A stretch of 64,000 bases of DNA from Auanema rhodensis (taxonomy: Eukaryota > Animalia > Nematoda): NCBI GenBank assembly GCA_964057225.1, contig OZ059900.1:24490001-24554000 (forward strand), in the 5' to 3' direction. The position numbers were made by a program, and so were the translations under genes. Of the stretch, positions 12,101 to 28,083 are shown in pieces. Within the stretch, counting starts at the first letter, position 1. The number at the start of each line of letters is the position of its first letter. A model generated the notes under the pieces. That model made no database searches and was not told the DNA's origin. It saw nothing but the letters and a program-made list of their open reading frames with translations.

Positions 12101-15100
12101 CTAGTTCCACTTTCACGACAAAAAAACAGGGGTTAGAAAATTAAGGAAATTAGCATATTCTGAGGGCACGCCCTTTATGGCTAATATTGATTAAATCGAT
12201 TTTTGTTCATATGAGTCGTCAAATGCAACGAATTTCAGCGTGTTACATACTAAAATGAAGCATTTCACATGCTGAACACTAGAAAAATACAAAAACACAG
12301 TAATACCCATGAGAAATATTTTATTATGCTGGAAAACCAGTTTTTGGAAATTTCGCTGTAAACAAGGTTTTGACTTACGATTTCATGTGTTCAAACTCAT
12401 GCAATGTCAATGAAACCTAGCTCAAAATTGTTTGTACAACGTCTGGTTCCACTTTCACGACTAAAAAAAAACAGGGGTTAGAAAATTAAGGAAATTAGCA
12501 TATTCTGAGGGCACGCCCCTTATGGCTAATATTGATTAAATCGATTTTTGTTCATATGAGTCGTCAAATGCAACGAATTTCAGCGTGTTACATACTAAAA
12601 TGAAGCATTTTACATGCTGAACACTAGAAAAATACAAAAACACAGTATTTCCCATGAGAAATATTTTATTATGCTGGAAAACCAGTTTTTGGAAATTTCG
12701 CTGTAAACAAGGTTTTGACTTACGATTTCATGTGTTCAAACTCATGCAATGTCAATGAAACCTAGCTCAAAATTGTTCCTACAACGTCTAGTTCCACTTT
12801 CACGACAAAAAAACAGGGGTTAGAAAATTAAGGAAATTAGCATATTCTGAGGGCACGCCCTTTATGGCTAATATTGATTAAATCGATTTTTGTTCATATG
12901 AGTCGTCAAATGCAACGAATTTCAGCGTGTTACATACTAAAATGAAGCATTTCACATGCTGAACACTAGAAAAATACAAAAACACAGTAATACCCATGAG
13001 AAATATTTTATTATGCTGGAAAACCAGTTTTTGGAAATTTCGCTGTAAACAAGGTTTTGACTTACGATTTCATGTGTTCAAACTCATGCAATGTCAATGA
13101 AACCTAGCTCAAAATTGTTCGTACAACGTCTGGTTCCACTTTCACGACAAAAAAACAGGGGTTAGAAAATTAAGGAAATTAGCATATTCTGAGGGCACGC
13201 CCCTTATGGCTAATATTGATTAAATCGATTTTTGTTCATATGAGTCGTCAAATGCAACGAATTTCAGCGTGTTACATACTAAAATGAAGCATTTTACATG
13301 CTGAACACTAGAAAAATACAAAAACACAGTATTTCCCATGAGAAATATTTTATTATGCTGGAAAACCAGTTTTTGGAAATTTCGCTGTAAACAAGGTTTT
13401 GACTTACGATTTCATGTGTTCAAACTCATGCAATGTCAATGAAACCTAGCTCAAAATTGTTCGTACAACGTCTAGTTCCACTTTCACGACAAAAAAACAG
13501 GGGTTAGAAAATTAAGGAAATTAGCATATTCTGAGGGCACGCCCCTTATGGCTAATATTGATTAAATCGATTTTTGTTCATATGAGTCGTCAAATGCAAC
13601 GAATTTCAGCGTGTTACATACTAAAATGAAGCATTTCACATGCTGAACACTAGAAAAATACAAAAACACAGTATTTCCCATGAGAAATATTTTATTATGC
13701 TGGAAAACCAGTTTTTGGAAATTTCGCTGTAAACAAGGTTTTGACTTACGATTTCATGTGTTCAAACTCATGCAATGTCAATGAAACCTAGCTCAAAATT
13801 GTTCGTACAACGTCTGGTTCCACTTTCACGACTAAAAAAAAACAGGGGTTAGAAAATTAAGGAAATTAGCATATTCTGAGGGCACGCCCCTTATGGCTAA
13901 AATTGATTAAATCGATTTTTGTTCATATGAGTCGTCAAATGCAACGAATTTCAGCGTGTTACATACTAAAATGAAGCATTTTACATGCTGAACACTAGAA
14001 AAATACAAAAACACAGTATTTCCCATGAGAAATATTTTATTATGCTGGAAAACCAGTTTTTGGAAATTTCGCTGTAAACAAGGTTTTGACTTACGATTTC
14101 ATGTGTTCAAACTCATGCAATGTCAATGAAACCTAGCTCAAAATTGTTCGTACAACGTCTAGTTCCACTTTCACGACAAAAAAACAGGGGTTAGAAAATT
14201 AAGGAAATTAGCATATTCTGAGGGCACGCCCCCTATGGCTAATATTGATTAAATCGATTTTTGTTCATATGAGTCGTCAAATGCAACGAATTTCAGCGTG
14301 TTACATACTAAAATGAAGCATTTTACATGCTGAACACTAGAAAAATACAAAAACACAGTATTTCCCATGAGAAATATTTTATTATGCTGGAAAACCAGTT
14401 TTTGGAAATTTCGCTGTAAACAAGGTTTTGACTTACGATTTCATGTGTTCAAACTCATGCAATGTCAATGAAACCTAGCTCAAAATTGTTCCTACAACGT
14501 CTAGTTCCACTTTCACGACAAAAAAACAGGGGTTAGAAAATTAAGGAAATTAGCATATTCTGAGGGCACGCCCTTTATGGCTAATATTGATTAAATCGAT
14601 TTTTGTTCATATGAGTCGTCAAATGCAACGAATTTCAGCGTGTTACATACTAAAATGAAGCATTTCACATGCTGAACACTAGAAAAATACAAAAACACAG
14701 TAATACCCATGAGAAATATTTTATTATGCTGGAAAACCAGTTTTTGGAAATTTCGCTGTAAACAAGGTTTTGACTTACGATTTCATGTGTTCAAACTCAT
14801 GCAATGTCAATGAAACCTAGCTCAAAATTGTTTGTACAACGTCTGGTTCCACTTTCACGACTAAAAAAAAACAGGGGTTAGAAAATTAAGGAAATTAGCA
14901 TATTCTGAGGGCACGCCCCTTATGGCTAATATTGATTAAATCGATTTTTGTTCATATGAGTCGTCAAATGCAACGAATTTCAGCGTGTTACATACTAAAA
15001 TGAAGCATTTTACATGCTGAACACTAGAAAAATACAAAAACACAGTATTTCCCATGAGAAATATTTTATTATGCTGGAAAACCAGTTTTTGGAAATTTCG

Positions 15101-18100
15101 CTGTAAACAAGGTTTTGACTTACGATTTCATGTGTTCAAACTCATGCAATGTCAATGAAACCTAGCTCAAAATTGTTCGTACAACGTCTAGTTCCACTTT
15201 CACGACAAAAAAACAGAGGTTAGAAAATTAAGGAAATTAGCATATTCTGAGGGCACGCCCCTTATGGCTAATATTGATTAAATCGATTTTTGTTCATATG
15301 AGTCGTCAAATGCAACGAATTTCAGCGTGTTACATACTAAAATGAAGCATTTTACATGCTGAACACTAGAAAAATACAAAAACACAGTAATACCCATGAG
15401 AAATATTTTATTATGCTGGAAAACCAGTTTTTGGAAATTTCGCTGTAAACAAGGTTTTGACTTACGATTTCATGTGTTCAAACTCATGCAATGTCAATGA
15501 AACCTAGCTCAAAATTGTTAATACAATGTCTAGTTCCACTTTCACGACAAAAAAACAGGGGTTAGAAAATTAAGGAAATTAGCATATTCTGAGGGCACGC
15601 CCTTTATGGCTAATATTGATTAAATCGATTTTTGTTCATATGAGTCGTCAAATGCAACGAATTTCAGCGTGTTACATACTAAAATGAAGCATTTTACATG
15701 CTGAACACTAGAAAAATACAAAAACACAGTATTTCCCATGAGAAATATTTTATTATGCTGGAAAACCAGTTTTTGGAAATTTCGCTGTAAACAAGGTTTT
15801 GACTTACGATTTCATGTGTTCAAACTCATGCAATGTCAATGAAACCTAGCTCAAAATTGTTCCTACAACGTCTAGTTCCACTTTCACGACAAAAAAACAG
15901 GGGTTAGAAAATTAAGGAAATTAGCATATTCTGAGGGCACGCCCTTTATGGCTAATATTGATTAAATCGATTTTTGTTCATATGAGTCGTCAAATGCAAC
16001 GAATTTCAGCGTGTTACATACTAAAATGAAGCATTTTACATGCTGAACACTAGAAAAATACAAAAACACAGTATTTCCCATGAGAAATATTTTATTATGC
16101 TGGAAAACCAGTTTTTGGAAATTTCGCTGTAAACAAGGTTTTGACTTACGATTTCATGTGTTCAAACTCATGCAATGTCAATGAAACCTAGCTCAAAATT
16201 GTTCGTACAACGTCTAGTTCCACTTTCACGACAAAAAAACAGGGGTTAGAAAATTAAGGAAATTAGCATATTCTGAGGGCACGCCCCCTATGGCTAATAT
16301 TGATTAAATCGATTTTTGTTCATATGAGTCGTCAAATGCAACGAATTTCAGCGTGTTACATACTAAAATGAAGCATTTTACATGCTGAACACTAGAAAAA
16401 TACAAAAACACAGTATTTCCCATGAGAAATATTTTATTATGCTGGAAAACCAGTTTTTGGAAATTTCGCTGTAAACAAGGTTTTGACTTACGATTTCATG
16501 TGTTCAAACTCATGCAATGTCAATGAAACCTAGCTCAAAATTGTTCCTACAACGTCTAGTTCCACTTTCACGACAAAAAAACAGGGGTTAGAAAATTAAG
16601 GAAATTAGCATATTCTGAGGGCACGCCCTTTATGGCTAATATTGATTAAATCGATTTTTGTTCATATGAGTCGTCAAATGCAACGAATTTCAGCGTGTTA
16701 CATACTAAAATGAAGCATTTCACATGCTGAACACTAGAAAAATACAAAAACACAGTAATACCCATGAGAAATATTTTATTATGCTGGAAAACCAGTTTTT
16801 GGAAATTTCGCTGTAAACAAGGTTTTGACTTACGATTTCATGTGTTCAAACTCATGCAATGTCAATGAAACCTAGCTCAAAATTGTTCGTACAACGTCTG
16901 GTTCCACTTTCACGACAAAAAAACAGGGGTTAGAAAATTAAGGAAATTAGCATATTCTGAGGGCACGCCCCTTATGGCTAATATTGATTAAATCGATTTT
17001 TGTTCATATGAGTCGTCAAATGCAACGAATTTCAGCGTGTTACATACTAAAATGAAGCATTTCACATGCTGAACACTAGAAAAATACAAAAACACAGTAT
17101 TTCCCATGAGAAATATTTTATTATGCTGGAAAACCAGTTTTTGGAAATTTCGCTGTAAACAAGGTTTTGACTTACGATTTCATGTGTTCAAACTCATGCA
17201 ATGTCAATGAAACCTAGCTCAAAATTGTTTGTACAACGTCTGGTTCCACTTTCACGACTAAAAAAAAACAGGGGTTAGAAAATTAAGGAAATTAGCATAT
17301 TCTGAGGGCACGCCCCTTATGGCTAATATTGATTAAATCGATTTTTGTTCATATGAGTCGTCAAATGCAACGAATTTCAGCGTGTTACATACTAAAATGA
17401 AGCATTTTACATGCTGAACACTAGAAAAATACAAAAACACAGTATTTCCCATGAGAAATATTTTATTATGCTGGAAAACCAGTTTTTGGAAATTTCGCTG
17501 TAAACAAGGTTTTGACTTACGATTTCATGTGTTCAAACTCATGCAATGTCAATGAAACCTAGCTCAAAATTGTTCGTACAACGTCTAGTTCCACTTTCAC
17601 GACAAAAAAACAGGGGTTAGAAAATTAAGGAAATTAGCATATTCTGAGGGCACGCCCCTTATGGCTAATATTGATTAAATCGATTTTTGTTCATATGAGT
17701 CGTCAAATGCAACGAATTTCAGCGTGTTACATACTAAAATGAAGCATTTTACATGCTGAACACTAGAAAAATACAAAAACACAGTAATACCCATGAGAAA
17801 TATTTTATTATGCTGGAAAACCAGTTTTTGGAAATTTCGCTGTAAACAAGGTTTTGACTTACGATTTCATGTGTTCAAACTCATGCAATGTCAATGAAAC
17901 CTAGCTCAAAATTGTTAATACAATGTCTAGTTCCACTTTCACGACAAAAAAACAGGGGTTAGAAAATTAAGGAAATTAGCATATTCTGAGGGCACGCCCT
18001 TTATGGCTAATATTGATTAAATCGATTTTTGTTCATATGAGTCGTCAAATGCAACGAATTTCAGCGTGTTACATACTAAAATGAAGCATTTTACATGCTG

Positions 18101-21100
18101 AACACTAGAAAAATACAAAAACACAGTATTTCCCATGAGAAATATTTTATTATGCTGGAAAACCAGTTTTTGGAAATTTCGCTGTAAACAAGGTTTTGAC
18201 TTACGATTTCATGTGTTCAAACTCATGCAATGTCAATGAAACTTAGCTCAAAATTGTTCCTACAACGTCTAGTTCCACTTTCACGACAAAAAAACAGGGG
18301 TTAGAAAATTAAGGAAATTAGCATATTCTGAGGGCACGCCCTTTATGGCTAATATTGATTAAATCGATTTTTGTTCATATGAGTCGTCAAATGCAACGAA
18401 TTTCAGCGTGTTACATACTAAAATGAAGCATTTTACATGCTGAACACTAGAAAAATACAAAAACACAGTATTTCCCATGAGAAATATTTTATTATGCTGG
18501 AAAACCAGTTTTTGGAAATTTCGCTGTAAACAAGGTTTTGACTTACGATTTCATGTGTTCAAACTCATGCAATGTCAATGAAACCTAGCTCAAAATTGTT
18601 CGTACAACGTCTAGTTCCACTTTCACGACAAAAAAACAGGGGTTAGAAAATTAAGGAAATTAGCATATTCTGAGGGCACGCCCCCTATGGCTAATATTGA
18701 TTAAATCGATTTTTGTTCATATGAGTCGTCAAATGCAACGAATTTCAGCGTGTTACATACTAAAATGAAGCATTTTACATGCTGAACACTAGAAAAATAC
18801 AAAAACACAGTATTTCCCATGAGAAATATTTTATTATGCTGGAAAACCAGTTTTTGGAAATTTCGCTGTAAACAAGGTTTTGACTTACGATTTCATGTGT
18901 TCAAACTCATGCAATGTCAATGAAACCTAGCTCAAAATTGTTCCTACAACGTCTAGTTCCACTTTCACGACAAAAAAACAGGGGTTAGAAAATTAAGGAA
19001 ATTAGCATATTCTGAGGGCACGCCCTTTATGGCTAATATTGATTAAATCGATTTTTGTTCATATGAGTCGTCAAATGCAACGAATTTCAGCGTGTTACAT
19101 ACTAAAATGAAGCATTTCACATGCTGAACACTAGAAAAATACAAAAACACAGTAATACCCATGAGAAATATTTTATTATGCTGGAAAACCAGTTTTTGGA
19201 AATTTCGCTGTAAACAAGGTTTTGACTTACGATTTCATGTGTTCAAACTCATGCAATGTCAATGAAACCTAGCTCAAAATTGTTCGTACAACGTCTGGTT
19301 CCACTTTCACGACAAAAAAACAGGGGTTAGAAAATTAAGGAAATTAGCATATTCTGAGGGCACGCCCCTTATGGCTAATATTGATTAAATCGATTTTTGT
19401 TCATATGAGTCGTCAAATGCAACGAATTTCAGCGTGTTACATACTAAAATGAAGCATTTCACATGCTGAACACTAGAAAAATACAAAAACACAGTATTTC
19501 CCATGAGAAATATTTTATTATGCTGGAAAACCAGTTTTTGGAAATTTCGCTGTAAACAAGGTTTTGACTTACGATTTCATGTGTTCAAACTCATGCAATG
19601 TCAATGAAACCTAGCTCAAAATTGTTCGTACAACGTCTAGTTCCACTTTCACGACAAAAAAACAGGGGTTAGAAAATTAAGGAAATTAGCATATTCTGAG
19701 GGCACGCCCCTTATGGCTAATATTGATTAAATCGATTTTTGTTCATATGAGTCGTCAAATGCAACGAATTTCAGCGTGTTACATACTAAAATGAAGCATT
19801 TTACATGCTGAACACTAGAAAAATACAAAAACACAGTATTTCCCATGAGAAATATTTTATTATGCTGGAAAACCAGTTTTTGGAAATTTCGCTGTAAACA
19901 AGGTTTTGACTTACGATTTCATGTGTTCAAACTCATGCAATGTCAATGAAACCTAGCTCAAAATTGTTCCTACAACGTCTAGTTCCACTTTCACGACAAA
20001 AAAACAGGGGTTAGAAAATTAAGGAAATTAGCATATTCTGAGGGCACGCCCTTTATGGCTAATATTGATTAAATCGATTTTTGTTCATATGAGTCGTCAA
20101 ATGCAACGAATTTCAGCGTGTTACATACTAAAATGAAGCATTTCACATGCTGAACACTAGAAAAATACAAAAACACAGTAATACCCATGAGAAATATTTT
20201 ATTATGCTGGAAAACCAGTTTTTGGAAATTTCGCTGTAAACAAGGTTTTGACTTACGATTTCATGTGTTCAAACTCATGCAATGTCAATGAAACCTAGCT
20301 CAAAATTGTTCGTACAACGTCTGGTTCCACTTTCACGACAAAAAAACAGGGGTTAGAAAATTAAGGAAATTAGCATATTCTGAGGGCACGCCCCTTATGG
20401 CTAATATTGATTAAATCGATTTTTGTTCATATGAGTCGTCAAATGCAACGAATTTCAGCGTGTTACATACTAAAATGAAGCATTTTACATGCTGAACACT
20501 AGAAAAATACAAAAACACAGTATTTCCCATGAGAAATATTTTATTATGCTGGAAAACCAGTTTTTGGAAATTTCGCTGTAAACAAGGTTTTGACTTACGA
20601 TTTCATGTGTTCAAACTCATGCAATGTCAATGAAACCTAGCTCAAAATTGTTCGTACAACGTCTAGTTCCACTTTCACGACAAAAAAACAGGGGTTAGAA
20701 AATTAAGGAAATTAGCATATTCTGAGGGCACGCCCCTTATGGCTAATATTGATTAAATCGATTTTTGTTCATATGAGTCGTCAAATGCAACGAATTTCAG
20801 CGTGTTACATACTAAAATGAAGCATTTCACATGCTGAACACTAGAAAAATACAAAAACACAGTATTTCCCATGAGAAATATTTTATTATGCTGGAAAACC
20901 AGTTTTTGGAAATTTCGCTGTAAACAAGGTTTTGACTTACGATTTCATGTGTTCAAACTCATGCAATGTCAATGAAACCTAGCTCAAAATTGTTCGTACA
21001 ACGTCTGGTTCCACTTTCACGACTAAAAAAAAACAGGGGTTAGAAAATTAAGGAAATTAGCATATTCTGAGGGCACGCCCCTTATGGCTAATATTGATTA

Positions 21101-24100
21101 AATCGATTTTTGTTCATATGAGTCGTCAAATGCAACGAATTTCAGCGTGTTACATACTAAAATGAAGCATTTTACATGCTGAACACTAGAAAAATACAAA
21201 AACACAGTATTTCCCATGAGAAATATTTTATTATGCTGGAAAACCAGTTTTTGGAAATTTCGCTGTAAACAAGGTTTTGACTTACGATTTCATGTGTTCA
21301 AACTCATGCAATGTCAATGAAACCTAGCTCAAAATTGTTCCTACAACGTCTAGTTCCACTTTCACGACAAAAAAACAGGGGTTAGAAAATTAAGGAAATT
21401 AGCATATTCTGAGGGCACGCCCTTTATGGCTAATATTGATTAAATCGATTTTTGTTCATATGAGTCGTCAAATGCAACGAATTTCAGCGTGTTACATACT
21501 AAAATGAAGCATTTCACATGCTGAACACTAGAAAAATACAAAAACACAGTAATACCCATGAGAAATATTTTATTATGCTGGAAAACAGTTTTTGGAAATT
21601 TCGCTGTAAACAAGGTTTTGACTTACGATTTCATGTGTTCAAACTCATGCAATGTCAATGAAACCTAGCTCAAAATTGTTCGTACAACGTCTGGTTCCAC
21701 TTTCACGACAAAAAAACAGGGGTTAGAAAATTAAGGAAATTAGCATATTCTGAGGGCACGCCCCTTATGGCTAATATTGATTAAATCGATTTTTGTTCAT
21801 ATGAGTCGTCAAATGCAACGAATTTCAGCGTGTTACATACTAAAATGAAGCATTTTACATGCTGAACACTAGAAAAATACAAAAACACAGTATTTCCCAT
21901 GAGAAATATTTTATTATGCTGGAAAACCAGTTTTTGGAAATTTCGCTGTAAACAAGGTTTGACTTACGATTTCATGTGTTCAAACTCATGCAATGTCAAT
22001 GAAACCTAGCTCAAAATTGTTCGTACAACGTCTAGTTCCACTTTCACGACAAAAAAACAGGGGTTAGAAAATTAAGGAAATTAGCATATTCTGAGGGCAC
22101 GCCCCTTATGGCTAATATTGATTAAATCGATTTTTGTTCATATGAGTCGTCAAATGCAACGAATTTCAGCGTGTTACATACTAAAATGAAGCATTTCACA
22201 TGCTGAACACTAGAAAAATACAAAAACACAGTATTTCCCATGAGAAATATTTTATTATGCTGGAAAACCAGTTTTTGGAAATTTTTCGCTGTAAACAAGG
22301 TTTTGACTTACGATTTCATGTGTTCAAACTCATGCAATGTCAATGAAACCTAGCTCAAAATTGTTCGTACAACGTCTGGTTCCACTTTCACGACTAAAAA
22401 AAAACAGGGGTTAGAAAATTAAGGAAATTAGCATATTCTGAGGGCACGCCCCTTATGGCTAATATTGATTAAATCGATTTTTGTTCATATGAGTCGTCAA
22501 ATGCAACGAATTTCAGCGTGTTACATACTAAAATGAAGCATTTTACATGCTGAACACTAGAAAAATACAAAAACACAGTATTTCCCATGAGAAATATTTT
22601 ATTATGCTGGAAAACCAGTTTTTGGAAATTTCGCTGTAAACAAGGTTTTGACTTACGATTTCATGTGTTCAAACTCATGCAATGTCAATGAAACCTAGCT
22701 CAAAATTGTTCGTACAACGTCTAGTTCCACTTTCACGACAAAAAAACAGGGGTTAGAAAATTAAGGAAATTAGCATATTCTGAGGGCACGCCCCCTATGG
22801 CTAATATTGATTAAATCGATTTTTGTTCATATGAGTCGTCAAATGCAACGAATTTCAGCGTGTTACATACTAAAATGAAGCATTTTACATGCTGAACACT
22901 AGAAAAATACAAAAACACAGTATTTCCCATGAGAAATATTTTATTATGCTGGAAAACCAGTTTTTGGAAATTTCGCTGTAAACAAGGTTTTGACTTACGA
23001 TTTCATGTGTTCAAACTCATGCAATGTCAATGAAACCTAGCTCAAAATTGTTCCTACAACGTCTAGTTCCACTTTCACGACAAAAAAACAGGGGTTAGAA
23101 AATTAAGGAAATTAGCATATTCTGAGGGCACGCCCTTTATGGCTAATATTGATTAAATCGATTTTTGTTCATATGAGTCGTCAAATGCAACGAATTTCAG
23201 CGTGTTACATACTAAAATGAAGCATTTCACATGCTGAACACTAGAAAAATACAAAAACACAGTAATACCCATGAGAAATATTTTATTATGCTGGAAAACC
23301 AGTTTTTGGAAATTTCGCTGTAAACAAGGTTTTGACTTACGATTTCATGTGTTCAAACTCATGCAATGTCAATGAAACCTAGCTCAAAATTGTTTGTACA
23401 ACGTCTGGTTCCACTTTCACGACTAAAAAAAAACAGGGGTTAGAAAATTAAGGAAATTAGCATATTCTGAGGGCACGCCCCTTATGGCTAATATTGATTA
23501 AATCGATTTTTGTTCATATGAGTCGTCAAATGCAACGAATTTCAGCGTGTTACATACTAAAATGAAGCATTTTACATGCTGAACACTAGAAAAATACAAA
23601 AACACAGTATTTCCCATGAGAAATATTTTATTATGCTGGAAAACCAGTTTTTGGAAATTTCGCTGTAAACAAGGTTTTGACTTACGATTTCATGTGTTCA
23701 AACTCATGCAATGTCAATGAAACCTAGCTCAAAATTGTTCCTACAACGTCTAGTTCCACTTTCACGACAAAAAAACAGGGGTTAGAAAATTAAGGAAATT
23801 AGCATATTCTGAGGGCACGCCCTTTATGGCTAATATTGATTAAATCGATTTTTGTTCATATGAGTCGTCAAATGCAACGAATTTCAGCGTGTTACATACT
23901 AAAATGAAGCATTTCACATGCTGAACACTAGAAAAATACAAAAACACAGTAATACCCATGAGAAATATTTTATTATGCTGGAAAACCAGTTTTTGGAAAT
24001 TTCGCTGTAAACAAGGTTTTGACTTACGATTTCATGTGTTCAAACTCATGCAATGTCAATGAAACCTAGCTCAAAATTGTTCGTACAACGTCTGGTTCCA

Positions 24101-27100
24101 CTTTCACGACAAAAAAACAGGGGTTAGAAAATTAAGGAAATTAGCATATTCTGAGGGCACGCCCCTTATGGCTAATATTGATTAAATCGATTTTTGTTCA
24201 TATGAGTCGTCAAATGCAACGAATTTCAGCGTGTTACATACTAAAATGAAGCATTTTACATGCTGAACACTAGAAAAATACAAAAACACAGTATTTCCCA
24301 TGAGAAATATTTTATTATGCTGGAAAACCAGTTTTTGGAAATTTCGCTGTAAACAAGGTTTTGACTTACGATTTCATGTGTTCAAACTCATGCAATGTCA
24401 ATGAAACCTAGCTCAAAATTGTTCGTACAACGTCTAGTTCCACTTTCACGACAAAAAAACAGGGGTTAGAAAATTAAGGAAATTAGCATATTCTGAGGGC
24501 ACGCCCCTTATGGCTAATATTGATTAAATCGATTTTTGTTCATATGAGTCGTCAAATGCAACGAATTTCAGCGTGTTACATACTAAAATGAAGCATTTCA
24601 CATGCTGAACACTAGAAAAATACAAAAACACAGTATTTCCCATGAGAAATATTTTATTATGCTGGAAAACCAGTTTTTGGAAATTTCGCTGTAAACAAGG
24701 TTTTGACTTACGATTTCATGTGTTCAAACTCATGCAATGTCAATGAAACCTAGCTCAAAATTGTTCGTACAACGTCTGGTTCCACTTTCACGACTAAAAA
24801 AAAACAGGGGTTAGAAAATTAAGGAAATTAGCATATTCTGAGGGCACGCCCCTTATGGCTAAAATTGATTAAATCGATTTTTGTTCATATGAGTCGTCAA
24901 ATGCAACGAATTTCAGCGTGTTACATACTAAAATGAAGCATTTTACATGCTGAACACTAGAAAAATACAAAAACACAGTATTTCCCATGAGAAATATTTT
25001 ATTATGCTGGAAAACCAGTTTTTGGAAATTTCGCTGTAAACAAGGTTTTGACTTACGATTTCATGTGTTCAAACTCATGCAATGTCAATGAAACCTAGCT
25101 CAAAATTGTTCGTACAACGTCTAGTTCCACTTTCACGACAAAAAAACAGGGGTTAGAAAATTAAGGAAATTAGCATATTCTGAGGGCACGCCCCCTATGG
25201 CTAATATTGATTAAATCGATTTTTGTTCATATGAGTCGTCAAATGCAACGAATTTCAGCGTGTTACATACTAAAATGAAGCATTTTACATGCTGAACACT
25301 AGAAAAATACAAAAACACAGTATTTCCCATGAGAAATATTTTATTATGCTGGAAAACCAGTTTTTGGAAATTTCGCTGTAAACAAGGTTTTGACTTACGA
25401 TTTCATGTGTTCAAACTCATGCAATGTCAATGAAACCTAGCTCAAAATTGTTCCTACAACGTCTAGTTCCACTTTCACGACAAAAAAACAGGGGTTAGAA
25501 AATTAAGGAAATTAGCATATTCTGAGGGCACGCCCTTTATGGCTAATATTGATTAAATCGATTTTTGTTCATATGAGTCGTCAAATGCAACGAATTTCAG
25601 CGTGTTACATACTAAAATGAAGCATTTCACATGCTGAACACTAGAAAAATACAAAAACACAGTAATACCCATGAGAAATATTTTATTATGCTGGAAAACC
25701 AGTTTTTGGAAATTTCGCTGTAAACAAGGTTTTGACTTACGATTTCATGTGTTCAAACTCATGCAATGTCAATGAAACCTAGCTCAAAATTGTTTGTACA
25801 ACGTCTGGTTCCACTTTCACGACTAAAAAAAAACAGGGGTTAGAAAATTAAGGAAATTAGCATATTCTGAGGGCACGCCCCTTATGGCTAATATTGATTA
25901 AATCGATTTTTGTTCATATGAGTCGTCAAATGCAACGAATTTCAGCGTGTTACATACTAAAATGAAGCATTTTACATGCTGAACACTAGAAAAATACAAA
26001 AACACAGTATTTCCCATGAGAAATATTTTATTATGCTGGAAAACCAGTTTTTGGAAATTTCGCTGTAAACAAGGTTTTGACTTACGATTTCATGTGTTCA
26101 AACTCATGCAATGTCAATGAAACCTAGCTCAAAATTGTTCGTACAACGTCTAGTTCCACTTTCACGACAAAAAAACAGAGGTTAGAAAATTAAGGAAATT
26201 AGCATATTCTGAGGGCACGCCCCTTATGGCTAATATTGATTAAATCGATTTTTGTTCATATGAGTCGTCAAATGCAACGAATTTCAGCGTGTTACATACT
26301 AAAATGAAGCATTTTACATGCTGAACACTAGAAAAATACAAAAACACAGTAATACCCATGAGAAATATTTTATTATGCTGGAAAACCAGTTTTTGGAAAT
26401 TTCGCTGTAAACAAGGTTTTGACTTACGATTTCATGTGTTCAAACTCATGCAATGTCAATGAAACCTAGCTCAAAATTGTTAATACAATGTCTAGTTCCA
26501 CTTTCACGACAAAAAAACAGGGGTTAGAAAATTAAGGAAATTAGCATATTCTGAGGGCACGCCCTTTATGGCTAATATTGATTAAATCGATTTTTGTTCA
26601 TATGAGTCGTCAAATGCAACGAATTTCAGCGTGTTACATACTAAAATGAAGCATTTTACATGCTGAACACTAGAAAAATACAAAAACACAGTATTTCCCA
26701 TGAGAAATATTTTATTATGCTGGAAAACCAGTTTTTGGAAATTTCGCTGTAAACAAGGTTTTGACTTACGATTTCATGTGTTCAAACTCATGCAATGTCA
26801 ATGAAACCTAGCTCAAAATTGTTCCTACAACGTCTAGTTCCACTTTCACGACAAAAAAACAGGGGTTAGAAAATTAAGGAAATTAGCATATTCTGAGGGC
26901 ACGCCCTTTATGGCTAATATTGATTAAATCGATTTTTGTTCATATGAGTCGTCAAATGCAACGAATTTCAGCGTGTTACATACTAAAATGAAGCATTTTA
27001 CATGCTGAACACTAGAAAAATACAAAAACACAGTATTTCCCATGAGAAATATTTTATTATGCTGGAAAACCAGTTTTTGGAAATTTCGCTGTAAACAAGG

Positions 27101-28083
27101 TTTTGACTTACGATTTCATGTGTTCAAACTCATGCAATGTCAATGAAACCTAGCTCAAAATTGTTCGTACAACGTCTAGTTCCACTTTCACGACAAAAAA
27201 ACAGGGGTTAGAAAATTAAGGAAATTAGCATATTCTGAGGGCACGCCCCCTATGGCTAATATTGATTAAATCGATTTTTGTTCATATGAGTCGTCAAATG
27301 CAACGAATTTCAGCGTGTTACATACTAAAATGAAGCATTTTACATGCTGAACACTAGAAAAATACAAAAACACAGTATTTCCCATGAGAAATATTTTATT
27401 ATGCTGGAAAACCAGTTTTTGGAAATTTCGCTGTAAACAAGGTTTTGACTTACGATTTCATGTGTTCAAACTCATGCAATGTCAATGAAACCTAGCTCAA
27501 AATTGTTCCTACAACGTCTAGTTCCACTTTCACGACAAAAAAACAGGGGTTAGAAAATTAAGGAAATTAGCATATTCTGAGGGCACGCCCTTTATGGCTA
27601 ATATTGATTAAATCGATTTTTGTTCATATGAGTCGTCAAATGCAACGAATTTCAGCGTGTTACATACTAAAATGAAGCATTTCACATGCTGAACACTAGA
27701 AAAATACAAAAACACAGTAATACCCATGAGAAATATTTTATTATGCTGGAAAACCAGTTTTTGGAAATTTCGCTGTAAACAAGGTTTTGACTTACGATTT
27801 CATGTGTTCAAACTCATGCAATGTCAATGAAACCTAGCTCAAAATTGTTCGTACAACGTCTGGTTCCACTTTCACGACAAAAAAACAGGGGTTAGAAAAT
27901 TAAGGAAATTAGCATATTCTGAGGGCACGCCCCTTATGGCTAATATTGATTAAATCGATTTTTGTTCATATGAGTCGTCAAATGCAACGAATTTCAGCGT
28001 GTTACATACTAAAATGAAGCATTTCACATGCTGAACACTAGAAAAATACAAAAACACAGTATTTCCCATGAGAAATATTTTAT
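6160..28083 (+). repeat. Tandem duplication of a 32-monomer block (10,962 bp): 6160-17121 and 17122-28083
   Basis: Same order of monomer types in both copies. Three private SNVs recur at offset 10,962: 7281/18243, 13901/24863 and 15217/26179. 32x342 + 6x3 = 10,962. Confidence 0.93.
10270..15069 (+). repeat. 7-monomer higher-order repeat x2 (2,400 bp), nested in the 32-mer and repeated at about 21232-26031
   Basis: 10270-12669 and 12670-15069 have the same variant order, each with two 345-bp monomers. The only difference I saw is the SNV at 13901. Confidence 0.85.
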
